Below are positions 11,359-20,020 of a DNA stretch of 32,000 bases, piece by piece. Both the position numbers and the translations under genes were made by a program. The DNA is from Pasteurella multocida. GTDB taxonomy: Bacteria; Pseudomonadota; Gammaproteobacteria; Enterobacterales; Pasteurellaceae. The first letter of the stretch is position 1, and each line of letters starts with the position of its first letter. The DNA is taken from positions 2,220,001 through 2,252,000 of the forward strand of contig NZ_LT906458.1 in the NCBI RefSeq assembly GCF_900187275.1. The letters are read 5' to 3'. The notes under the pieces are model-generated. The model had not been told where the DNA came from. It saw only the letters and a program-made list of their open reading frames with translations, and did no database searches.

Positions 11359-12410
11359 TTGGAGTTTTTCTCCTTAAAATAGTCATATTTTAAGATTTTG
11401 AATGCATTATAATTTTTAGCTCTTACTGAAGCTAAGTTATGAGAAAAAGTTTCTTCCCTTTTAGTATTTATTTCTGCCTTTTGTTTTTCATTCAATGAAT
11501 TCCACCATACGGGAGAAAAAAAAGTATTTTCAAAGAATGAGAATACAAATCTAACTAAAGAATCTTCCTTTTTTTTATTTGTTCTTATATTTAAGAAAGA
11601 CTTGATAAAGTTATAGTAGAATTCATTTGCATCATCTTTAACCCACGAGAATATAATATAACCCCTGTTACTAGAGTTTATAATATTAAAAAACATCTGA
11701 TGAATTCTTATGGATGAGTTTTTTAGATCAAAAATTTTCTCATTAGAAAATGAAATGTTTGGAATAAATGTCCCACTAGATAAAATCTGAGCAGGAGAAG
11801 ATAGTTCAATTATAAATGACTCTAGTCTATTGAAATCCTTAGTTTTCCACATTGTATGCATATTAGCTTGAGTATCAATTAATTCATTAAAGCCCAAATT
11901 TGCATAACTCTCAAAAATGGAAATATTTCTTTCCCAGTATTTATATTCTTCAGAGAGTTGTTTAATCAAATTACCTCCATTTAAAATGCATTCTTTTAAT
12001 CCACTATTTTTTTGATAACCTTTGGTATAAATCTCTCTACAAAGTCCTCTATATGAAAATAAAAATATTTGTTCTAGATCAGGGATGATTTCCTCATCTT
12101 CTATCCTAGAAAATAGTAATTTATCATGTTCAGAGCAAAATCCTGTAAATGTTGAAGCGTGATTTACCCCTATTTTCCTAGGCTCCCCAAGACCATTATT
12201 TTCTATTAATTTACAAAGTGATAAATCGTTTCCCATAACTTCATTTTGTTTATCCATAATTGTTGATAAAGAACTACTTTTAGATATAGTATGAGCTTTA
12301 ATAATCTTTCTACTACATTCAATATTTAATAATTCTTTAGCACTGCAATACTTCTTTTGTCTCTTCCGTTTTAGATTTTCTTCAATAGTTCCAAGAATAT
12401 TTTTTTCCAT
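11355..12410 (-). CDS. hypothetical AT-rich protein (351 aa from ATG 12410; 368 aa if TTG 12461 is used) inserted between hisB and hisH
   Basis: A long open frame in very AT-rich DNA: hand counts give 23-30% G+C per 60-nt line, against 47% in a neighbouring hisH line. Its TGA overlaps the hisH ATG (ATGA at 11358-11355). The only pattern is near the N-terminus: C-x9-C-x7-AHTISKS and, about 45 aa later, GFCSEHDKLLF. I recognise no family. Confidence 0.7.
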   Translation of the reverse strand: MEKNILGTIEENLKRKRQKKYCSAKELLNIECSRKIIKAHTISKSSSLSTIMDKQNEVMGNDLSLCKLIENNGLGEPRKIGVNHASTFTGFCSEHDKLLFSRIEDEEIIPDLEQIFLFSYRGLCREIYTKGYQKNSGLKECILNGGNLIKQLSEEYKYWERNISIFESYANLGFNELIDTQANMHTMWKTKDFNRLESFIIELSSPAQILSSGTFIPNISFSNEKIFDLKNSSIRIHQMFFNIINSSNRGYIIFSWVKDDANEFYYNFIKSFLNIRTNKKKEDSLVRFVFSFFENTFFSPVWWNSLNEKQKAEINTKREETFSHNLASVRAKNYNAFKILKYDYFKEKNSK

Positions 12411-12504
12411 TTTTATAACTTTGCCTATGGTGTAACTATCCACGTTTTTGTCAGAACTCAAACGCTTAGTCCAACTATGGATTTCAATTATCCTTAACTT
12501 TGCT

Positions 12505-12532
12505 AATTATCAAATGCCCAAGAAATTTGCAA
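12505..12532 (-). promoter_or_regulatory. candidate sigma70 promoter for the AT-rich insert ORF
   Basis: On the minus strand, TTGCAA (12532-12527) is followed by 15 nt and GATAAT (12511-12506), or by 16 nt and ATAATT. It lies about 95 nt upstream of ATG 12410. Confidence 0.35.
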
Positions 12533-12635
12533 AATTCCAGCACACTTTTGTAATTTGGTTGTAGAGATATACTACCTAAATCATTGGATACATAAAGAAT
12601 GCCCTACAGATTACATTATGTGATATTGCTTAAAA

Positions 12636-13727
12636 TTACAGTACACCCTTACTACTAGGCATTGCATTCCCTTCCACCTTAATACACTGTCTTAACGTGC
12701 GCCCAAACACTTTAAACAGGCTTTCGATTTTGTGGTGGTCGTTATCGCCTTTGGTTTTAAGGTGCAAGGTTGCCATTAAGGTATAAGCGAGAGATTGGAA
12801 AAAATGCTCGGTCATTTCGGTGCTGAAATCGCCCACTTTGTCGCGTTTAAATTTGGCTTTGAATTTGAAATACGGGCGACCAGACAGATCCATTGTACAT
12901 TCCGCCTTGCATTCGTCCATTGGTAACACAAAGCCAAAGCGTTGAATGCCTCGTTTGTCGCCAAGGGCTTGTTTTAATGCGGTGCCGAGGGCGAGAGCCG
13001 TATCTTCGACGGTGTGATGTTCGTCGATCCAAAGATCGCCTTTACAACTTACGTTCATTCGGAAACCACCGTGGGTAGCGATTTGATCGAGCATATGATC
13101 GAAAAAGCCCACGCCTGTTTTGATGTCGTTCATGCCGGTTTCATCCAACCACACTTGCACTTTAATATCGGTTTCTTTGGTAGTACGTACTACTTCAGCA
13201 TAGCGTGGTTTACGATCAACAAGTGCGGTCTGTTTTGGCAACAATTTTTCCACAATCAGATCCCAATTGAGCTTTTCACGATCATATTGCAAGGCACGAA
13301 TACCGAGATTTTCTGCCAGTTGCACGTCAGTGGCACGATCACCAATCACAAAGCTGGTGGCAGGGTCGAACAATTTTTTATCAATGTATTTTTTCAATAA
13401 TTTAATTTTCGGCTTACGGCAATCGCATTCGTCTTCAGGTTTGTGAGGGCAAATTAACACCTCATCAAACTCGATACCTTGTGATTTAAATAACGCCATC
13501 ATCGTATTGTGCGGTTTATCAAAATTTTCCTGTGGGAAAGATGCCGTGCCTAGCCCGTCTTGGTTACTGACCATTACGAAACGGTAATAGGGTTTGAGCT
13601 TTAATAACGCGGGGATAACATTCGGCTCAAATTGTAATTTTTCTAAACTGTCGATTTGAAAATCGGTTTTTGGTTCATCAATTAAGGTACCGTCACGGTC
13701 GATAAAAAGAATGGCTTGTTGTGTCAT
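12636..13727 (-). CDS. hisB: bifunctional histidinol-phosphatase / imidazoleglycerol-phosphate dehydratase
   Basis: 363 aa from ATG 13727 ([16 protein letters not shown], the HAD DxDGT motif), with an AGGA SD upstream. The IGPD half contains ...[13 protein letters not shown]... and ...[13 protein letters not shown]. Confidence 0.95.
   Translation of the reverse strand: MTQQAILFIDRDGTLIDEPKTDFQIDSLEKLQFEPNVIPALLKLKPYYRFVMVSNQDGLGTASFPQENFDKPHNTMMALFKSQGIEFDEVLICPHKPEDECDCRKPKIKLLKKYIDKKLFDPATSFVIGDRATDVQLAENLGIRALQYDREKLNWDLIVEKLLPKQTALVDRKPRYAEVVRTTKETDIKVQVWLDETGMNDIKTGVGFFDHMLDQIATHGGFRMNVSCKGDLWIDEHHTVEDTALALGTALKQALGDKRGIQRFGFVLPMDECKAECTMDLSGRPYFKFKAKFKRDKVGDFSTEMTEHFFQSLAYTLMATLHLKTKGDNDHHKIESLFKVFGRTLRQCIKVEGNAMPSSKGVL
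13221..13229 (+). repeat. USS core inside hisB
   Basis: Exact AAGTGCGGT. Confidence 0.9.
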
Positions 13728-13776
13728 AGAGTTATCCTGTTTTTTCATTTTAATCTGTTGGTTTTTTGTTAGTATC

Positions 13777-15844
<2,068 letters not shown>

Positions 15845-15859
15845 TTTACTTCCTTAGTT

Positions 15860-15879
15860 AACTGTATAAAAATACAGTT
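15860..15879. promoter_or_regulatory. LexA (SOS) box upstream of the Fic/Doc gene
   Basis: AACTGTATAAAAATACAGTT contains an exact CTGT-N8-ACAG core with an all-A/T spacer. It matches the gammaproteobacterial consensus TACTGTATATATATACAGTA at 16 of 20 positions. It is part of a perfect 10-bp-arm palindrome, TTAACTGTAT-AAAA-ATACAGTTAA (15858-15881). Confidence 0.7.
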
Positions 15880-15880
15880 A

Positions 15881-15908
15881 ATTATGCACAATTCTGCTTT
15901 CCTTGCAA
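15881..15908 (-). promoter_or_regulatory. candidate sigma70 promoter inside the hisD 3' end, reading into the Fic/Doc gene
   Basis: On the minus strand, TTGCAA (15908-15903) is followed by 16 nt and CATAAT (15886-15881). The LexA box begins immediately downstream of the -10 element. Confidence 0.5.
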
Positions 15909-17180
15909 CTTTCTCCAACGAATTTCTACTGCTTGCTTATGCGCTTCTAATTGTTCTGCTTCTGCCATTAACATCACCGTGTTAGCGAGATCTTTAAAGC
16001 CTTGTGGGGTGAGTTCTTGTACTGTCATCCGCTTGCTAAAATCGGCTAAACCTAAACTTGAATGGGTGCGAGTATAGCCGTAGGTCGGTAGAACGTGATT
16101 GGTACCACTAGCATAATCGCCCATACTTTCAGGTGAATAGGCACCTAAGAAAATCGAGCCGGCGTTATCTAAAAACGGCAGTAAGTTACGCGCATTTTCC
16201 ACCTGTACGACCAAGTGTTCAGGCGCATAAGCATTACTAATTTCTACACATTGTTGCAGATCTTCGGCGATAAAGGTGCGACTGTGAGCAAGTGCCTTAC
16301 GAGCCGTTTCTGCTCTTGGTAAACGAGCCAGTTGTTGCTCAATGGAAAGTGCGGTCTGTTTTGCCAACGTTTCACAGTTAGTGACTAAAATCACTTGGCT
16401 GTCTGCGCCATGTTCCGCTTGGGAAAGTAAATCACTGGCGACAAAATCTGGATCGGCAAATTCATCGGCAATCACTAACACTTCAGAGGGACCGGCTGGC
16501 ATATCAATCGCAGTGCCTTGTTGTAATACTTGACGTTTGGCTTCAGTGACAAAGGCATTGCCCGGACCGAAAATTTTATCCACTTTCTGCACGCTTTCCG
16601 TGCCGTTTGCCATGGCAAAAATGGCTTGAGCACCTCCAATGGCATAAATGGTTTCAACACCACATAAATTGGCGGTGTAAAGAATTTCATCGGCAATAGG
16701 TGGTGGGGAACACAGCACAATGGTTTTACAGCCAGCAATTTTGGCAGGGACGGCAAGCATTAACACTGTGGAAAACAGTGGAGCAGAGCCACCGGGGATA
16801 TATAAACCGACGTTTTGAATGGGGCGAGTAACGACTTGGCAACGCACACCGGCTTGGGTTTCCAGATCCACCGTTTGGTTTTTTTGTGCTTGGTGGAAAC
16901 GTTCAATATTGCCTTTGGCGGTTTGAATCGCTTGTTTTAATTCCGTCGCAATACGCTGGCTCGCCTGCTCAATTTGGACTTTTGAGATGACAAGGCTTTC
17001 TAATGTGGTCTTATCGAATTTTTCCGCAAGTTCAAATAATGCCTTATCCCCATTGTTGATGACATTGCTTTTGATCGCATTCACGGCTTGCGTAATTTGT
17101 TCACCAACGGCTTGAGCTGGGCGAGAAAGTGCAGCTTGTTTTTGTGCTGAATTTAACGTATTCCAAATAAGTGTTTGCAT
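15882..17180 (-). CDS. hisD: histidinol dehydrogenase
   Basis: 432 aa from ATG 17180 (MQTLIWNTL...), with an AGGAAA SD upstream; the track ORF starts at 17210. Conserved segments include ...[10 protein letters not shown]... and ...SQAEHG.... Confidence 0.95.
   Translation of the reverse strand: MQTLIWNTLNSAQKQAALSRPAQAVGEQITQAVNAIKSNVINNGDKALFELAEKFDKTTLESLVISKVQIEQASQRIATELKQAIQTAKGNIERFHQAQKNQTVDLETQAGVRCQVVTRPIQNVGLYIPGGSAPLFSTVLMLAVPAKIAGCKTIVLCSPPPIADEILYTANLCGVETIYAIGGAQAIFAMANGTESVQKVDKIFGPGNAFVTEAKRQVLQQGTAIDMPAGPSEVLVIADEFADPDFVASDLLSQAEHGADSQVILVTNCETLAKQTALSIEQQLARLPRAETARKALAHSRTFIAEDLQQCVEISNAYAPEHLVVQVENARNLLPFLDNAGSIFLGAYSPESMGDYASGTNHVLPTYGYTRTHSSLGLADFSKRMTVQELTPQGFKDLANTVMLMAEAEQLEAHKQAVEIRWRKLQGKQNCA
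16347..16355 (+). repeat. USS core inside hisD
   Basis: Exact AAGTGCGGT. Confidence 0.9.
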
Positions 17181-17193
17181 ATTGTTTCCTTGA

Positions 17194-17817
17194 TTACTCA
17201 ATCGGGTCACTGATTTTGCCAGTTAAAAAGTCAAGATTACGCGTGATTTTCTCAATCTCCCAATCCCACCATTTTAATGCTAATAATTGTTCAATTTTTT
17301 CAGGTGAGAAACGTTTTCTAATCACGCGAGCGGGATTTCCTGCGACAATCGCATAAGGTGGCACATTCTTGGTGACAACCGAATTTGTGCCAATGATCGC
17401 GCCATCGCCAATTTTTACGCCTGGCATAATCGTGGCGTTATAGCCAATCCAAACGTCATTCCCAATAACCGTATCCCCTTTGCTCGATAATTCGGCTTTC
17501 TCCGGTAACGCTTTTGCCCATTCATAACCAAAAATCCCAAATGGGTAAGTGGAGATGGCATTCATTTGATGATTGGCGCCATTCATAATAAATTTCACAT
17601 CCGATCCAATCATGCAAAATTTACCGATGATCAATTTATCGCCTAAAAAGTCAAAATGGTATTTCACATTTTTCTCAAAATTTTCCACATTCTCTGCATC
17701 ATCGTAGTAGGTAAAATCCCCCACAATAATATTAGGATGACGAACTAAGTTTTTTAAAAAGCACAGTCGGTGATAATGTTTGATAGGGAAAATCTGATCT
17801 TTATCAGGAAATCGCAT
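17194..17817 (-). CDS. xenobiotic (hexapeptide-repeat) acetyltransferase of the Vat / streptogramin A acetyltransferase type
   Basis: 207 aa. It is collinear with Vat(D)/SatA-type enzymes as I recall them: ...VGDFTYYDD..., [71 protein letters not shown]....GNPA..I..RF......LL..KWWDW. Confidence 0.8.
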   Translation of the reverse strand: MRFPDKDQIFPIKHYHRLCFLKNLVRHPNIIVGDFTYYDDAENVENFEKNVKYHFDFLGDKLIIGKFCMIGSDVKFIMNGANHQMNAISTYPFGIFGYEWAKALPEKAELSSKGDTVIGNDVWIGYNATIMPGVKIGDGAIIGTNSVVTKNVPPYAIVAGNPARVIRKRFSPEKIEQLLALKWWDWEIEKITRNLDFLTGKISDPIE

Positions 17818-17841
17818 AGCATACCTAACCTTGTTGTGTTG

Positions 17842-18096
17842 TTATTTTTCTGTTGTTACATCGCATTGTGTTTTTGCCCAATTCACTGCCGTTTCTATTG
17901 CTTTACGCGCCTGCTGGCTATTACGCCAGCAAGTGGACCCTGTGAGTTCCGCCCCACGTTCTAAAATAAATGCAGGATCTGTCTTTGCAAGCTGTTTGAC
18001 ATCATCTAGCCCCATCTCTTGCAAGCGTTTGAGAATGGTGGTGCCGATGCCTTTTTGTGCTAACAGCGATTGTTGTTGTGAAAGTGTAAATGGCAT
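17842..18096 (-). CDS. small helix-hairpin-helix protein (Cdd1 / pathogenicity-locus-like family)
   Basis: 84 aa from ATG 18096; the track ORF starts at TTG 18099, 1 nt after the hisG stop. HhH signature LLAQKGIGTTILKRLQEMGLDDVKQL. It is G+C-rich relative to its surroundings (a 60-nt line hand-counted at 53%). Confidence 0.55.
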   Translation of the reverse strand: MPFTLSQQQSLLAQKGIGTTILKRLQEMGLDDVKQLAKTDPAFILERGAELTGSTCWRNSQQARKAIETAVNWAKTQCDVTTEK

Positions 18097-18100
18097 CAAG

Positions 18101-19000
18101 TTACCCCATCATTTTCTCAATTGGTAGCACTAAAATCGAACTGGCGCCAGCATCTTTCAGCTGTTCCATGGTTTCCCAGAACAGATTTTCTTGACTGACG
18201 ACATGCATAGCGACTTTCGAATTGTCGTGTGCTAATGGCAAAATAGTGGGGTTTTCCACGCCGGGTAAAAGTGCGGTGATTTCTTCCAGTTTTTCTTTTG
18301 GGGCGTGAAGCATGATGTATTTTGATTCTGCCGCTTGTTGTACACCTTGGATGCGTGTGAGTAACTTATCCACTAAGGCTTGTTTTTCTGGGCTAAGTTC
18401 AGCGGCACGTTGAATGAGGCAGGATTTTGAGCGGTAAATGATTTCCACTTCCTTTAAGCCATTAGCTTCAAGTGTTGCACCAGAAGACACTAAATCACAA
18501 ATCGCATCGGCAAGTCCGGCACGGGGCGCGACTTCCACTGATCCTGTGAGTGAACAGGTTTTAAAATCCACACCTTGTTGTTGCATATAACGTTTGAGTA
18601 AATTCGGGTAAGAGGTAGCAATACGTGCATTTTTGAGATCACTTATGCCATTGTAAGCTTCGTCTTGCGGTATGGCGATTGATAAACGGCAACCGCCAAA
18701 ATCTAAACGGCGTAATTTTTTGTAATTGACTGTTTCACCCGCAGCTTGACGAGTGAGTTCTTCCTCTTCTAAGACGTTTTCACCAATGATCCCGAGATCA
18801 ACCACACCATCAAAGACGAGACCGGGAATATCATCGTCACGCACCCGTAAAATATCAATCGGCATATTTTCAGCGTAAGCAATTAGGCGTTGTTCCTGTA
18901 AATTTATTTTTACACCGCATTGTTTCAATAAGGCTTGTGATTCTTGGCTTAAGCGTCCTGATTTTTGCATCGCAATGCGCAGTCTTTTACTTTCAATCAT
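18101..19000 (-). CDS. hisG: ATP phosphoribosyltransferase (long form)
   Basis: 299 aa. [21 protein letters not shown]... and the C-terminal regulatory domain are present. Confidence 0.95.
   Translation of the reverse strand: MIESKRLRIAMQKSGRLSQESQALLKQCGVKINLQEQRLIAYAENMPIDILRVRDDDIPGLVFDGVVDLGIIGENVLEEEELTRQAAGETVNYKKLRRLDFGGCRLSIAIPQDEAYNGISDLKNARIATSYPNLLKRYMQQQGVDFKTCSLTGSVEVAPRAGLADAICDLVSSGATLEANGLKEVEIIYRSKSCLIQRAAELSPEKQALVDKLLTRIQGVQQAAESKYIMLHAPKEKLEEITALLPGVENPTILPLAHDNSKVAMHVVSQENLFWETMEQLKDAGASSILVLPIEKMMG
18269..18277 (+). repeat. USS core inside hisG
   Basis: Exact AAGTGCGGT. Confidence 0.9.
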
Positions 19001-19037
19001 AATTCTTATCCTAGTAGATGTTGTTAATTTTAGTGAT

Positions 19038-19070
19038 AAAAAAACCTCTCGAAATGGCTTCCGAGAGGTT
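19038..19070 (-). terminator. his attenuator terminator
   Basis: The minus-strand RNA AACCUCUCG-GAAGCCAUUU-CGAGAGGUU is followed by a U run that continues the stem. It lies between hisL and hisG, 38 nt upstream of the hisG ATG. Confidence 0.85.
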
Positions 19071-19145
19071 TATATTGTTCGTCATTTTATCGCACACTCG
19101 GAAGATTTGTTATCTTCCAAGCATCACAAAATACCCGAAAGATAA
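19071..19145 (-). promoter_or_regulatory. his leader alternative (anti-terminator / pause) structures
   Basis: Hairpin GGAAGAU-AACAA-AUCUUCC at 19118-19100. The CUUCCGAG segment (19104-19097) is complementary to CUCGGAAG in the 5' arm of the terminator (19065-19058). GUGAUG is complementary to the CAUCAC His codons. Confidence 0.7.
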
Positions 19146-19187
19146 TCAGGGTAGATGGTGATGATGAGTCATGCGAGTAAAAATCAT
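19146..19187 (-). CDS. hisL: his operon leader peptide (13 aa, MIFTRMTHHHHLP)
   Basis: ATG ATT TTT ACT CGC ATG ACT CAT CAT CAC CAT CTA CCC TGA, with an AAGGA SD 7 nt upstream. It has four consecutive His codons and is followed by the attenuator structures. Confidence 0.85.
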   Translation of the reverse strand: MIFTRMTHHHHLP

Positions 19188-19216
19188 AGCGTTTCCTTAT
19201 TGGTCAATTGCTATTC

Positions 19217-19245
19217 AAATTACTGTAAAAAAAATAAACTGGCAA
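19217..19245 (-). promoter_or_regulatory. candidate his operon promoter
   Basis: On the minus strand, TTGCCA (19245-19240) is followed by 17 nt and TAATTT (19222-19217). It lies about 30 nt upstream of the hisL ATG. Confidence 0.5.
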
Positions 19246-19263
19246 GGATTTTTTACAAAAAAT

Positions 19264-20019
19264 TTATATTTTTTTTGCTTTAATAAATAACAGCACAGGG
19301 CGGTGCTGTAAATCTTTAAATTCCTGTTGCCATTCTGGTTGATCGGCAAGCATGGGTTCTGCCATCTGCTCAATCTGAAAACCGGCTTGAATCAGTTGAT
19401 TGACAATCGTTGCCGTAGTGCGATGATAGGTTTTAAACGGTTGTTTAAACCAATTACGCTCACGTTCACCTTCATCACGATAATAGTTCAACCGATATGC
19501 CACTTGGCGTTTGTGTTGATCTTTTTCCCAACGATCTCCTTCTTGATAGCAGGTGACGATCGGATGTTCTTGCGAGAAAATCAGATAACCATTAGGGGTG
19601 AGTTTTTGGCGAATATCTTGCAGTAACTTGGCAAAATCTTGCACATAATGAAAAGCAAAAGAGCTGGTGATGACATCAAAATTACTTTCTGGTAAATCCG
19701 CCAGTTGCTCCATGGACAATGGGTGGAGGGCAAAGTGCGGTCCATTTTGAAAATGTTTTGATAGATCATGCTCAGCTTGCTTCAACATGTTATGAGAAAG
19801 GTCAATGCCCACGACAAAGCGGGCATGACGTTGCAAATACAGCAGTAGATGACTACCGGTGCCACACCCCAGATCGAGCAATTTTTTATTGGTCAGATCG
19901 GGGAGCAAAGACAACATGGTCGGTTTTTCTACCACTTCATTTAAGCTGAGGGGATTTTCCCGCAATTTTTGATACAACTCGAAAAATTGCGGGGCATCAT
20001 AGACGCTTTTTTTCGTCAT
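19264..20019 (-). CDS. class I SAM-dependent methyltransferase
   Basis: 251 aa from ATG 20019 (MTKKSVYDAPQFFELYQKL), 1 nt after the ushA stop; alternative in-frame ATGs are at 20040 and 20064. SAM motif LLDLGCGTG. Confidence 0.8.
   Translation of the reverse strand: MTKKSVYDAPQFFELYQKLRENPLSLNEVVEKPTMLSLLPDLTNKKLLDLGCGTGSHLLLYLQRHARFVVGIDLSHNMLKQAEHDLSKHFQNGPHFALHPLSMEQLADLPESNFDVITSSFAFHYVQDFAKLLQDIRQKLTPNGYLIFSQEHPIVTCYQEGDRWEKDQHKRQVAYRLNYYRDEGERERNWFKQPFKTYHRTTATIVNQLIQAGFQIEQMAEPMLADQPEWQQEFKDLQHRPVLLFIKAKKI
19733..19741 (+). repeat. USS core inside the methyltransferase gene
   Basis: Exact AAGTGCGGT. Confidence 0.9.
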
Positions 20020-20020
20020 C

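Noticed and set aside
11516-12406. Homopolymeric A/T runs of 7-8 nt inside the AT-rich orphan (11516-11523, 11569-11576, 12400-12406), and T8 at 8973-8980 in the 125-aa gene, considered as possible phase-variation tracts.
   Set aside because: They encode Lys/Phe stretches expected in genes of about 25-30% G+C. Runs this short are weak slippage substrates, and Haemophilus-type contingency loci typically use tetranucleotide repeats, none of which I saw.
17831-18127. A 98-aa + strand ORF overlapping the HhH gene and the hisG end, considered as the real gene at this junction.
   Set aside because: It has no motif, is Cys/Ser-rich and low in complexity, and runs antisense to hisG. The minus-strand frame has an HhH signature and operon-consistent spacing.
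19290-19309. Hairpin ACAGCAC-N6-GTGCTGT near the 3' end of the methyltransferase gene, considered as a terminator insulating the his promoter.
   Set aside because: It lies inside the coding sequence and is followed only by an interrupted T-rich stretch (TATTTATT), so the evidence is too weak to annotate.
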